DNA of 27,891 nucleotides from Candidatus Cloacimonadota bacterium. GTDB taxonomy: Bacteria > Cloacimonadota > Cloacimonadia > Cloacimonadales > WRIO01. Shown here piece by piece: positions 1 to 9,300 of the stretch. The stretch's first letter is position 1. Each line of letters starts with the position of its first letter. The position numbers and the translations under genes are program-made. The stretch spans positions 1-27,891 of the forward strand of contig JAKQQL010000360.1 in NCBI GenBank assembly GCA_029564175.1, given 5' to 3'. Below the pieces are notes generated by a model, which had not been told where the DNA came from, searched no databases, and worked only from the letters and a program-made list of their open reading frames with translations.

Positions 1-217
1 TAGATCGAACACTACCACTAGTGTTAAATCTAATTGCAGCAACACCTTCGTATTTATTGCTAGTTTCTCTATAGACATTTACAAGTGACCAACCATTAAC
101 AGTGTAGTTACCATAAGAGCTTCCCCATCCAGTTGAATTAAATCCTTCAGTAATAGTTTCAGAAAACAGTGTAATAAACATGAGAGTAATCATTATGAAT
201 ATGATTATCTTTTTCAT
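1..217 (-). CDS. Secreted hypothetical protein, N-terminal part (truncated by window edge)
   Basis: Translated by hand from ATG at 217 on the - strand: MKKIIIFIMITLMFITLFSETITEGFNSTGWGSSYGNYTVNGW..., open to the window edge. GGAGG SD a few nt upstream; basic-then-hydrophobic signal peptide. Not in the ORF track. Confidence 0.8.
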   Translation of the reverse strand, partial: MKKIIIFIMITLMFITLFSETITEGFNSTGWGSSYGNYTVNGWSLVNVYRETSNKYEGVAAIRFNTSGSVRS

Positions 218-294
218 TTTTTTCCTCCGTACTTTTTGTTTTTTCTATTATAGATCTTTATGTTAAGTCATGATAAATTTTAGGTTAGCATTTC

Positions 295-323
295 AGCAAA
301 TCAATTTCAGGTATATATGTCAA
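295..323 (-). promoter_or_regulatory. Putative sigma70 promoter for the - strand gene
   Basis: On the - strand: TTGACA (323-318), 17-nt spacer ending TGn, weak -10 TTTGCT (300-295). Confidence 0.4.
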
Positions 324-567
324 GCAATTTACACAGAAAAATGAGACAGTACATAACCTGTTGAAAAATAGTGAGAAAAGAAAGGATTAACAAAGATAAT
401 AGCGTCAATAAATCAGAATAAATATGAAGAATATTCAAAAAAAGATGACATTTTGTATAAAAACGGATATTCAAAGATTAAATGATTTGTAACTACTTAG
501 GAGGTTTGATATATCGTATGCTAACGGTAATCTACATTTTCTGACAAACAGATAAGTACCAAATACC

Positions 568-635
568 TGTCATTCTGAGCGTCAGCGCAATCGCGAAGTG
601 CTGAGCAGAACGAAGTGTAGCAAAGAACAATCTCC
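568..635. repeat. Degenerate extragenic repeat remnant
   Basis: GC-richer island TGTCATTCTGAGCG...GTGCTGAGCAGAACGAAGTG...CAATCTC in AT-rich DNA. From memory it resembles the GTCATTCTGAGCGAAGCGAAGAATCT class of dispersed bacterial repeats. Confidence 0.4.
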
Positions 636-742
636 TTTAGGACTTCTTGCATCAAGAAATCTACAATCATTTGATCTTCTTTAATCCTATCACCTTTTCA
701 GAGCTTGTGCAAAAACAAGAATTCCGTAGAAATGACTGAGCC

Positions 743-762
743 CCAGATGCGGAAGCGTCTGG
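743..762. repeat. GC-rich hairpin (REP-like)
   Basis: CCAGATGC-GGAA-GCGTCTGG: 8-bp stem with one G-U pair and a GNRA loop. Confidence 0.5.
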
Positions 763-839
763 TATATAATGATAAATGAATCAAGCGCCGTAGGTGCTGC
801 CGAATAAAGTTTACATTGTTTCAAACAGATTTCAATTCT

Positions 840-864
840 CGCAAAGTACGCAAAGTACGCAAAG
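840..864 (+). repeat. Short tandem repeat (CGCAAAGTA)x2 + CGCAAAG
   Basis: Units at 840-848, 849-857 and 858-864, read directly. Confidence 0.8.
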
Positions 865-1262
865 AAAAATCTGTGTAACAAGCAAATTCTGTAGTAACAA
901 AATTACCTCGATCTGTGTTTCAAACAGGTAACCTAAGCGGATTTACGGTATTTCATTTCGCAAATTCCTACAAAAAATGAATCATTTATTGATAATCCAG
1001 ATGATGTTAATTACAGATTTAGACGTACAGAAAGCGAATTTTTGAGATTTATTCTTTATCAAAATTGAAAAAAAGTGTAGATTTAGAAGTACGAAATTGA
1101 CACGTTTATTGAATAGCAGGCACTCAAACAGGGATTATATTCTCTAAAAAATAAACGCAAAGATTATAAAATTCAAAAAATAAAGCAGTGATAAAACTAT
1201 ATGAAAAATAATAAGATAAGAAATCAATAAAAGAGTAAAAAAACTCAAACGATAAAAATGTA

Positions 1263-1291
1263 TTGACAAAAAAACAAGGATTCGAAATGAT
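1263..1291 (+). promoter_or_regulatory. Putative upstream promoter of the tRNA-tuf operon
   Basis: TTGACA at 1263-1268, 17-nt spacer, weak -10 AATGAT; A-rich sequence upstream. Confidence 0.4.
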
Positions 1292-1366
1292 GCTTAAAGT
1301 TAGTCTGATCAATGAAAAATACATAGCCGTGCAAGGATAAGCGATAAAAAAAATATCAAAAAAACC

Positions 1367-1394
1367 TTGACAAAAAAAGTAAAGGTTTTAAGTT
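1367..1394 (+). promoter_or_regulatory. Putative proximal promoter of the tRNA-tuf operon
   Basis: TTGACA at 1367-1372, 16-nt spacer, TAAGTT at 1389-1394; A-tract (UP-like) upstream; ends 15 nt before the first tRNA. Confidence 0.6.
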
Positions 1395-1409
1395 GGTAAT
1401 CAATAGTTA

Positions 1410-1484
1410 GCCAATGTAGCTCAATGGTAGAGCAAGTGATTTGTAATCACTAGGTTGGGGGTTCGATTCCCTTCATTGGCTCCA
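1410..1484 (+). tRNA. tRNA-Thr (anticodon TGT)
   Basis: Acceptor GCCAATG/CATTGGC, anticodon arm GTGAT-TTGTAAT-CAC region, T-loop GTTCGATT, encoded CCA. Confidence 0.97.
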
Positions 1485-1489
1485 TAAAT

Positions 1490-1574
1490 GGAGAGATTCC
1501 CGAGTGGTCAAAGGGAACAGACTGTAAATCTGTCAGCGAAGCTTTCGGAGGTTCAAATCCTCCTCTCTCCACCA
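1490..1574 (+). tRNA. tRNA-Tyr (anticodon GTA)
   Basis: Acceptor GGAGAGA/TCTCTCC, anticodon arm ACAGA-CTGTAAA-TCTGT, long variable arm, encoded CCA. Confidence 0.97.
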
Positions 1575-1585
1575 TATTTTTTACG

Positions 1586-1618
1586 AGAAAGCAAGACTTA
1601 GGTCTGCTTTTCTTATTT
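1586..1618 (+). terminator. Terminator-like hairpin between tRNA-Tyr and tRNA-Gly
   Basis: AAAGCA(A)GAC-TTAG-GTCTGCTTT followed by TCTTATTT. Confidence 0.45.
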
Positions 1619-1623
1619 GCCAA

Positions 1624-1700
1624 GCGGGAGTAGCTCAGTTGGCTAGAGCATCAGCCTTCCAAGCTGAGGGTCGCGGGTTCGAACCCCGTTTCCCGCTCCA
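1624..1700 (+). tRNA. tRNA-Gly (anticodon TCC)
   Basis: Acceptor GCGGGAG/TTCCCGC, anticodon arm TCAGC-CTTCCAA-GCTGA, GTTCGAA T-loop, encoded CCA. Confidence 0.97.
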
Positions 1701-1723
1701 TTTTAATTTAAAAAAAGCGGATT

Positions 1724-1799
<76 letters not shown>

Positions 1800-1848
1800 T
1801 TTTTCTTTTTTAAGATTCATTAAATGAGTAATTAAGCCTGGAGGAAAA

Positions 1849-3033
1849 ATGGCTAAGGAAAAATTTGTAAGAACAAAACCACACGTAAACGTAGGAACTA
1901 TCGGTCACGTAGATCATGGTAAGACTACCTTAACAGCAGCTATCACTCTTTATTTATCAAAAAAAGGTGGCGGTTCATTCCGTTCTTTTGATAGTATTGA
2001 TAATGCTCCTGAAGAAAAAGAAAGAGGTATCACCATTGCAACAGCACATGTTGAATACCAGACAGAATCTCGTCACTATGCACATGTTGACTGTCCAGGC
2101 CATGCTGACTATGTAAAAAACATGATCACGGGTGCTGCTCAGATGGACGGTGCAATCCTTGTTGTATCCGCAGCTGACGGTCCAATGCCTCAGACTCGTG
2201 AACACATCCTGCTTGCTAAACAGGTTGGTGTGCCAGCGATGGTTGTATTTTTAAATAAATGTGACTTAGTGGATGATCCTGAATTGTTAGAATTAGTTGA
2301 ACTTGAAGTTCGCGAACTTTTAAGCAAATACGGTTTCCCAGGAGATGATATTCCTGTGATTAAAGGTTCTGCTTTAAAAGGTTTGAATGGCGATCCAGAA
2401 GGTGAAGCTCAGATCCAGGCATTAATGGATCAGGTAGATACATATATTCCACTTCCAGAACGTGACAAAGATAAAGCGTTCTTAATGCCTGTGGAAGACG
2501 TGTTCTCAATTCCTGGCCGTGGTACAGTGGCTACTGGTCGTGTTGAACGCGGTATTCTGAAACTGAACGATAAAGTTGAACGTATTGGTATCAAAGAAAC
2601 AGTTGAAACTGTATGTACTGGTATTGAAATGTTCCGTAAAGTCATGGATCAGGCAGAAGCAGGTGACAACATTGGTGTGTTACTTCGTGGTATTGGTAAG
2701 AATGATATTGAACGCGGTATGGTACTTGCAAAACCAAAATCAATTACCCCTCATACCAAATTCAAAGGTGAAACTTATATCCTGACAGCAGCTGAAGGTG
2801 GACGTCATAAACCATTCTTCAACGGTTACCGTCCTCAGTTCTACTTCCGTACAACTGACGTTACCGGAACCTTAAACCTGCCAGAAGGTGTTGAAATGAT
2901 TATGCCTGGTGATAATATTACCATCAGTGGCGAATTAATCACTCCAATCGCTATGGAACAAGGTCTCCGCTTCGCTATCCGTGAAGGTGGACGTACCATC
3001 GGTGCCGGCGTTGTTGGTGAAGTGATTGCATAA
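1849..3033 (+). CDS. tuf: Elongation factor Tu
   Basis: [32 protein letters not shown] motifs; GGAGG SD. Confidence 0.99.
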   Translation: MAKEKFVRTKPHVNVGTIGHVDHGKTTLTAAITLYLSKKGGGSFRSFDSIDNAPEEKERGITIATAHVEYQTESRHYAHVDCPGHADYVKNMITGAAQMDGAILVVSAADGPMPQTREHILLAKQVGVPAMVVFLNKCDLVDDPELLELVELEVRELLSKYGFPGDDIPVIKGSALKGLNGDPEGEAQIQALMDQVDTYIPLPERDKDKAFLMPVEDVFSIPGRGTVATGRVERGILKLNDKVERIGIKETVETVCTGIEMFRKVMDQAEAGDNIGVLLRGIGKNDIERGMVLAKPKSITPHTKFKGETYILTAAEGGRHKPFFNGYRPQFYFRTTDVTGTLNLPEGVEMIMPGDNITISGELITPIAMEQGLRFAIREGGRTIGAGVVGEVIA

Positions 3034-3049
3034 GGAATAGGACAGATCA

Positions 3050-3199
3050 ATGAGAGATATCATCATCCTGGCTTGCGAAGAGTGTAAGAATAGAAATTAC
3101 ACCACTACTAAAAATAAGAGAAAACATCCAAACAGAGTTGAATTCAAAAAATTCTGTCCAAGCTGTAGAAAACATACAGCACACAAACAAACCCGATAG
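3050..3199 (+). CDS. rpmG: 50S ribosomal protein L33 (zinc-binding CxxC/CxxC form)
   Basis: Translated by hand: [49 protein letters not shown] (49 aa); canonical position between tuf and tRNA-Trp/secE. Below the ORF-track cutoff. Confidence 0.97.
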   Translation: MRDIIILACEECKNRNYTTTKNKRKHPNRVEFKKFCPSCRKHTAHKQTR

Positions 3200-3209
3200 T
3201 TAATGCCGC

Positions 3210-3285
3210 AGGATAGTAGTTCAATTGGTAGAGCATCGGTCTCCAAAACCGAAAGTTGCGGGTTCGAGTCCTGCCTGTCCTGCCA
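3210..3285 (+). tRNA. tRNA-Trp (anticodon CCA)
   Basis: Acceptor AGGATAG/CTGTCCT, anticodon arm TCGGT-CTCCAAA-ACCGA, GTTCGAG T-loop, encoded CCA; canonical position before secE. Confidence 0.97.
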
Positions 3286-3296
3286 TAAATAATCTT

Positions 3297-3329
3297 AGTC
3301 AGCAGTTGAAAAACTGCTGGCTTTTCCTT
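3297..3329 (+). terminator. Intrinsic terminator-like hairpin after tRNA-Trp
   Basis: AGTCAGCAGTT-GAAA-AACTGCTGGCT followed by TTTCCTT. Confidence 0.6.
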
Positions 3330-3341
3330 AATTTAAACTGA

Positions 3342-3533
3342 ATGGAAAAGCAAATGAAAAAGATTCAAAAATTTTTTAAAGAAGTGATGAGAGAAATGAA
3401 ATATGTCTCCTGGCCAAACAAGGATGACATCAAAGAAGGGACAACAGTCGTGATTGTCATGTCAGTTATCGTTTCTCTGTTTTTGTTTTTAATAGATGTT
3501 GTCTTCGGACAAATAATAAACGTATTTATTTAA
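3342..3533 (+). CDS. secE: Preprotein translocase subunit SecE
   Basis: FFKEVMREMKYVSWP motif plus one TM helix, directly before nusG. Start could be ATG 3354. Confidence 0.95.
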   Translation: MEKQMKKIQKFFKEVMREMKYVSWPNKDDIKEGTTVVIVMSVIVSLFLFLIDVVFGQIINVFI

Positions 3534-3542
3534 GAGTTATAC

Positions 3543-4064
3543 ATGAAATATTATGTTTTGCATACATACACCGGGCAGGAATCCCGCGTCAAAGATGCGA
3601 TAGAGAATGGCGTACGCGGTAATGAACTGGAGAAGTATCTGGGAGAAATTCTGGTACCGACTCAGAAAAGTTATCATATTCGAGAAGGCAAGAAGGTAGA
3701 AAGAGAACGTAAGGTTTTCTACAGCTATATCATTATACAGGCAGATTTAAATCTGAGACTGCGTACATTTATTACCAGCATTTCCGGTGTTACCCACTTT
3801 CTGGGAGCCAATGGGAAAGCAATTCCGCTTTCTCAGGATGAAGTTGACCGCATCAAAGGTGTGTCTCAACGTGACAAATCCGATGGCAAAACATATAGTT
3901 ATCTGCCTGGTGATAAGATTAAAATTATCGCTGGTCCTTTTACAGATTTTGAAGGGATCGTCGATAAGATTAGTCAGGAATCCAGTAAATTAGTTGTTAA
4001 AGTTACCGTATTTGGACGGGTTACCCCTGTCGAAGTAAATATGGATCAGGTAGAAATAATATAA
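3543..4064 (+). CDS. nusG: Transcription termination/antitermination factor NusG
   Basis: NGN domain (YVLHTYTGQE) and KOW domain (GPFTDFEG, VFGRVTPVE). Confidence 0.98.
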   Translation: MKYYVLHTYTGQESRVKDAIENGVRGNELEKYLGEILVPTQKSYHIREGKKVERERKVFYSYIIIQADLNLRLRTFITSISGVTHFLGANGKAIPLSQDEVDRIKGVSQRDKSDGKTYSYLPGDKIKIIAGPFTDFEGIVDKISQESSKLVVKVTVFGRVTPVEVNMDQVEII

Positions 4065-4084
4065 ATTAGATAGAGGAAAAAAAA

Positions 4085-4516
4085 ATGGCTAAACCAAAAG
4101 ACGCCGTCGCAGTAATTAAATTACAATTACCTGCCGGTAAAGCAACTCCGGCACCTCCTGTTGGACCTGCATTAGGTCAGGCAGGCGTTAACATCCCTCA
4201 ATTCTGTAAAGAATTCAATGACAAAACAGCAGATAGTCCGGGAATGATCTTTCCTGTATTGATCTATGTAACTAAGAAAAAAACCTTCACCTTTGAAATC
4301 AAAACACCACCGGCTGCGGTATTAATCCGTAAAGAAGCAGGCTTGGCAAAAGGTTCAGGTGAACCAAACAAGAACAAAGTCGGAAGCCTCACAAAAGCTC
4401 AGGTCAAGAAAATAGCAGAATTAAAAATACAAGATATGAATTGTTTTTCCTTAGAGTCCGCTATGAGTACTATCGCCGGAACTGCAAGAAGTATGGGTGT
4501 CACTATCACTGACTAA
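4085..4516 (+). CDS. rplK: 50S ribosomal protein L11
   Basis: [23 protein letters not shown] motifs. Confidence 0.99.
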   Translation: MAKPKDAVAVIKLQLPAGKATPAPPVGPALGQAGVNIPQFCKEFNDKTADSPGMIFPVLIYVTKKKTFTFEIKTPPAAVLIRKEAGLAKGSGEPNKNKVGSLTKAQVKKIAELKIQDMNCFSLESAMSTIAGTARSMGVTITD

Positions 4517-4556
4517 GTGCCTCAACTTGCAGGAGATTGTATTCAAAGGAGTGTAA

Positions 4557-5261
4557 ATGGTTAGAAGTAAACGGTACAAAAAAGCGCTGGAAATGGTAAA
4601 TCACTTAGAGTACTATGAGCTGGATAAAGCTCTTGAATTACTCAAAAGTTTACCAACAGCCAAATTCGATGAAACAGTAGAGTTGCATATGAATTTAGGT
4701 GTTGATCCCCGTAAGGCTGATCAACAAATTCGCAGCTCACTCGTTTTACCAAAAGGTACTGGTAAAACAGTACGAGTTTTAGTATTTGCTGAAGGTGATA
4801 AAGCCGATGAAGCAAGAAATGCGGGTGCAGATTTTGTTGGAGTGGACGACCTCATTGAAAAAATCTCTGGTGGTTGGTTTGACTTTGACATGGTGATTGC
4901 TACTCCAAACCTGATGGGTAAAATCGGACGTATTGGTCGTGTTTTAGGTCCCCGTAACCTGATGCCTAACCCAAAAGTAGGCACCGTTACAATGGATATT
5001 GCCAATGCAGTAAAAGACGCTAAGGGCGGAAAAGTAACCTACAAGGTTGATAAGTTTGCTAACTTACATATCCCTTGTGGTAAAGTTTCTTTTCAGGCTC
5101 CTGACTTAAAAGTCAACATTCTCGCTTTAGTGAATGCTATCGTGAAAGATCGTCCTGCTGCATTAAAAGGTCAATTTATCAAATCTATAACCATTACAAC
5201 GACTATGAACCCAGGAATCAAGCTGAATGTTAACGCAGTAACGCTTGAGGCGAAGAAGTAG
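4557..5261 (+). CDS. rplA: 50S ribosomal protein L1
   Basis: AKFDETVE, LGVDPRKADQ, LGPRNLMPNPKVGTVT motifs. Confidence 0.99.
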   Translation: MVRSKRYKKALEMVNHLEYYELDKALELLKSLPTAKFDETVELHMNLGVDPRKADQQIRSSLVLPKGTGKTVRVLVFAEGDKADEARNAGADFVGVDDLIEKISGGWFDFDMVIATPNLMGKIGRIGRVLGPRNLMPNPKVGTVTMDIANAVKDAKGGKVTYKVDKFANLHIPCGKVSFQAPDLKVNILALVNAIVKDRPAALKGQFIKSITITTTMNPGIKLNVNAVTLEAKK

Positions 5262-5271
5262 GAGGGTAATC

Positions 5272-5808
5272 ATGGCAAAAGACTACAAAGTAAACAAGGT
5301 CGAAGAATTAAAAGAACGATTAAGCGATGCACGCGCGATTGTACTGGTGGACTACAAAGGAATTAACGTAGAACAGGATAGTCTGTTAAGAGGCAGATTC
5401 AGAGAAGAAAAAGTGGATTATTTCGTTGCAAAAAACACTTTAATTCACATTGCCTTAAAAGATCTGGGTATCAGTGCCCTGGATTCACACCTTAACGGAC
5501 CGACTGCAGTAGCCGTATCTAAAAAAGATGAAGTTGCTCCTGCACGAGTTATCAAAAAATTCGTAGAAACTGAGCTTGAAAAGGATATGAAACATCTCCT
5601 TGCATTTAAAGCCGGTTTTGTTGGGGGCGAACTCTTTAGTACCGCTCAATTAAATCAATTAGCAAACTTACCATCCCGTGAAGAATTGCTTGGTAAAATT
5701 CTTGCAGGATTTAATGCACCTATCAGCGGTTTTGTTGGTGTGCTTCAAGGTGTCATTAGAAAATTTGTCTACGCTGTGGACGAAATTGCGAAAAGCAAAG
5801 CAAACTAA
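5272..5808 (+). CDS. rplJ: 50S ribosomal protein L10
   Basis: VAKNTL and LANLPSREELL motifs. Start moved from the track's 5245 to ATG 5272, behind the AGGAGG SD that overlaps the rplA stop. Confidence 0.97.
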   Translation: MAKDYKVNKVEELKERLSDARAIVLVDYKGINVEQDSLLRGRFREEKVDYFVAKNTLIHIALKDLGISALDSHLNGPTAVAVSKKDEVAPARVIKKFVETELEKDMKHLLAFKAGFVGGELFSTAQLNQLANLPSREELLGKILAGFNAPISGFVGVLQGVIRKFVYAVDEIAKSKAN

Positions 5809-5832
5809 ATTATATATCCAATTGGAGGAAAA

Positions 5833-6213
5833 ATGTCTGATAAAAAACAACAAATTATTGATCTCCTGAAAGAAATGACTGTATTAGAACTTTCAGAATT
5901 AGTTAAAGAATTAGAAGAAATATTTGGTGTAACTGCTGCTGCTCCTGTAGCTGTTGCTGCTGCTGGCGCTGCTCCTGCTGCTGCTGCTGCTGAAGAAAAA
6001 ACTGAATTTAACGTTGTTCTTACCAACGCTGGCGAGAAAAAAATCAACGTTATTAAAGTTGTTCGTGAATTAGTACCAGCTTTAGGTCTTAAAGAAGCGA
6101 AAGATTTAGTTGACAACACACCAAAAGCTATTCTTGAAAACGTAGAGAAAAAAGAAGCCGATGCTGCTAAAGCAAAATTAGAAGAAGTCGGTGCTACTGT
6201 TGAAATTAAGTAA
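5833..6213 (+). CDS. rplL: 50S ribosomal protein L7/L12
   Basis: [14 protein letters not shown], Ala-rich hinge, [17 protein letters not shown]. Confidence 0.99.
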   Translation: MSDKKQQIIDLLKEMTVLELSELVKELEEIFGVTAAAPVAVAAAGAAPAAAAAEEKTEFNVVLTNAGEKKINVIKVVRELVPALGLKEAKDLVDNTPKAILENVEKKEADAAKAKLEEVGATVEIK

Positions 6214-6230
6214 ATTAAAAATCTAAATGC

Positions 6231-6260
6231 AAGGGAGCGACATCTGTCGTTCCCTTTATC
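6231..6260 (+). terminator. Hairpin/attenuator between rplL and rpoB
   Basis: AAGGGAGCGAC-ATCT-GTCGTTCCCTT, short U tail; usual position of the rplL-rpoB attenuator. Confidence 0.7.
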
Positions 6261-6353
6261 TCATATATAATCGACAATGTTTTCTGTCTTTTTAACTTCT
6301 AAAAATAACCCAAAATTTTTAACCTATTTTATTTTGCTGAAAAGGAGATGCTT

Positions 6354-9300
6354 TTGAAAAATATCAAAAGTTATTCCCGCATTACGAAGAAATTTGAGCA
6401 ATTAGGTATTCCAAAAGTGGAAGTGCCTAACTTAATTGCCGCTCAGATTGACTCTTATAATGAATTTTTACAAGCGACCGTGTATCCTGCTGAACGTAAA
6501 AAATCTGGTATGCAGGCCGTTTTTGAACAAACATTCCCCATCAGCGATGCAAAAGGTTTGTATCGGTTGGAATTCATCGAATACATGATTCTTAAAGAAA
6601 AATATGATACTGATGAATGCGTGGAAAGAAATTTATCTTATGAAGCTCCCGTTAAAGCAAAGATGAGACTTGTTTGCTATGACGAGGAAGTTTTTAAACA
6701 AACGAAAGAAAAACATGTAAAAGACATTATTGAGCAGGAAGTTTATTTAGGAAATATCCCTTTAATTACACCTCAGGGTACTTTTATTATCAATGGTGCT
6801 GAACGTGTTATCATTTCGCAGCTACACCGTTCTCCTGGTGTTTTCTTTACTGAAGAAAGACCACCTGCCGGTAAAGCAACCTATTCCGCTAAAATTATAC
6901 CTTTCAAAGGCTCCTGGTTAGAGTTCTCTATTGATACTCATGAAACCATGTATGTCTATATAGATAAAAAAAGAAAATTCCCTGTATCTGTCTTACTAAG
7001 ATGTTTGGGCTTATCTGATAATTCACAGATTAGAAATAAATTTTATAAATCTGAAAGTATAGAAACTGCTGAAGCTAAAGGCCGTTACCTTTATGACGAT
7101 ATCATTGATCCTAAAAACGGAAATATCCTTGCCGAAGCTGGTTATGAAATCACTGCTGAACTGGTTAATGAATTCCTGGATGCAAAAATAAATAAAATCA
7201 ATGTGATTCCAATTCCAAATGATCCATGGAGAAAAATTATCGAAAATACACTGGCTAAAGACGCTACCAGTAACCAGATTGACGCTGCCAGAAAAATCTA
7301 CAGTATCATGCGTCCTAATGAAGATGTGACAGATGAAGGTGCTTTATTGTACTTCCAAAAACTAATCTTCGATGAAAAACGCTACAGTCTTGGTGAGGTT
7401 GGACGTTATAAACTCAATCAGCGCTTGGGTATTGAAGTTGATCATTCAATCAGTATTTTGACTGAAGCAGATATTCATGCCCTCATCAATACTTTAATTA
7501 ATATCTTTGCCGGTGAAGAAAACGTTGATGATATCGACCATCTTGAAAACAGAAGAGTCAGAACCGTTGGTGAATTACTTGAAGAACAATATATTACCGG
7601 ACTTGCCCGTGTCGCACGTATTGCTTCTGAACGTATGAATCTGACAAATCATCAGGAAGAACCAAGTGTACATGATTTGATTAACTGTAATGCGTTGATC
7701 AGCGTAGTCAATGCTTTCTTCTTAACAGGTCAGTTATCCCAGTTCATGGAACAAACCAATCCGCTTTCAGCGATTAAACATAAACGTGCATTTTCAGCTC
7801 TGGGTCCTGGTGGTTTAACCCGTGAGAGAGCCGGATTTGAAGTACGTGACGTTCACTTTTCTCACTATGGACGTATCTGTCCGATAGAAACCCCTGAAGG
7901 TGCAAATATTGGTTTGATCGTATCTCCTTCATTATATTCCAAAATCAATCAGTTTGGTTTCCTGGAAACTCCTTACATCAAGGTAGATAATGGCAAGGTA
8001 ACCAATCAGGTTCATTATCTGAATCCTGCTGATGAAGATAAATACATCATTGGTCAGGCGACTGCCCGTATTGATGAAAATAATATGATTATGGATGAAT
8101 ATGTGCTTGCTCGTCTGAAAGATGAGTTCATTCAGGCTAAGAATACAGAAATCCAGTATATGGACGTCTCTCCTCAACAGGTCGTCTCGGTATCTGCTGC
8201 TCTCATTCCTTTCCTGGAACATGATGACGGTAACCGCGCACTGATGGGATCTAACATGCAACGTCAGGCTGTACCACTTTTAAATCCACAGGCTCCTGTC
8301 GTTGGAACCGGTTTGGAAAAAGTAGTCGCAAAAGACTCAGGCGCTTGCGTCCTTGCTCCTTATGATGGAACTGTTGAACATATTACTTCTTCTTACATAG
8401 ATATCAGAAGAGAAGGCAGTTCTGAAGACCATATTGATTTAAGAAATGAAAACAGAATTTATCTGAAGAAATTCTTACGTTCTAATCAGGATACTTGTTT
8501 TAATCAGAGACCAATTGTCCAAATCGGTCAAAAAGTAAAAGCCGGCGATATTCTGACAGATGGTCCATGTATTGATGACGATCGTCTGGCACTCGGCAGA
8601 AACATGCTGGTTGCATTTATGCCATGGTATGGATATAATTACGAAGATGCGATTATTCTTAGTGAAAAAGTCGCTCGTGAAGATATATTGACTTCGATTT
8701 ATATTGAAGTTCAGGAAGTACTTGTTCGTAACACAAAAAATGGTGCTGAAGAACTTGCTTATGATATTCCTAACGTACCAGTGGTTGCTGCCAGAAATCT
8801 GGACAAAACCGGTATTATCCGTGTGGGTTCAGTGCTTAAAGCCGGCGACATAATCGTTGGAAAAATTACGCCTAAGAGCGTTGAAATTGATCCTTCTCCT
8901 GAAGAAACCTTAATGAGAGCATTGTTTGGTGACCGTGCCGGTGACTTTACCAATACCTCATTAAAAGCAAAACCAGGTATGGAAGGTGTGGTAATTGATG
9001 TCAAAGTATTCTCCAGACTTGAAGATATGAAAGACTTCGAAGAAGAGAAAAAAGATGATATTACCCGAATTAAACGTGAGAGAGATGAGAGACTCCGTAA
9101 AGTAGATGAATTCCTTAAAAAACGTCTGACTGCTTTACTTGAAGGTGAGATTGCCAAGACGATTATGGAAGAAAAATCTACTACAATGCTCATCACCCCT
9201 GGTAAAAAAATTACTAAAGATGATTTGAAAAAAATAAACTTTAAAAAACTGAATCTTGACTTTGAATTAGTTGAAGATTCAAACAAAAATCAAACCATTT

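Noticed and set aside
690..881. 63-aa - strand ORF
   Set aside because: Runs through repeat remnants (FAYFAYFA is the tandem repeat); no SD or recognisable motif.
1124..1324. 66-aa Phe-rich - strand ORF
   Set aside because: Low-complexity product of the A-rich promoter region read in reverse.
4517..4556. Possible L1-binding autoregulatory site between rplK and rplA (extra AGGAG at 4531)
   Set aside because: Has GGAG, but I could not build the closing helix and 3' strand of the L1-site fold; needs a covariance-model search.
5245..5271. N-terminal extensions in the ORF track (rplJ here; also rpsL 14434, prmC 18757, mnmA 20999, DAO gene 25304)
   Set aside because: Downstream starts match homologue N-termini and, except for prmC, have clear SD sequences; the extensions overlap upstream genes, repeats or spacers.
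5935..5991. GCT trinucleotide repeats
   Set aside because: Encode the normal Ala-rich hinge of L7/L12.
8759..9286. 175-aa antisense ORF in rpoB, and other short overlapping ORFs in tuf, nusG, rplA, rplL, rpoC, rpsG, fusA and murA
   Set aside because: Shadow frames of conserved, codon-biased genes with no independent motifs.
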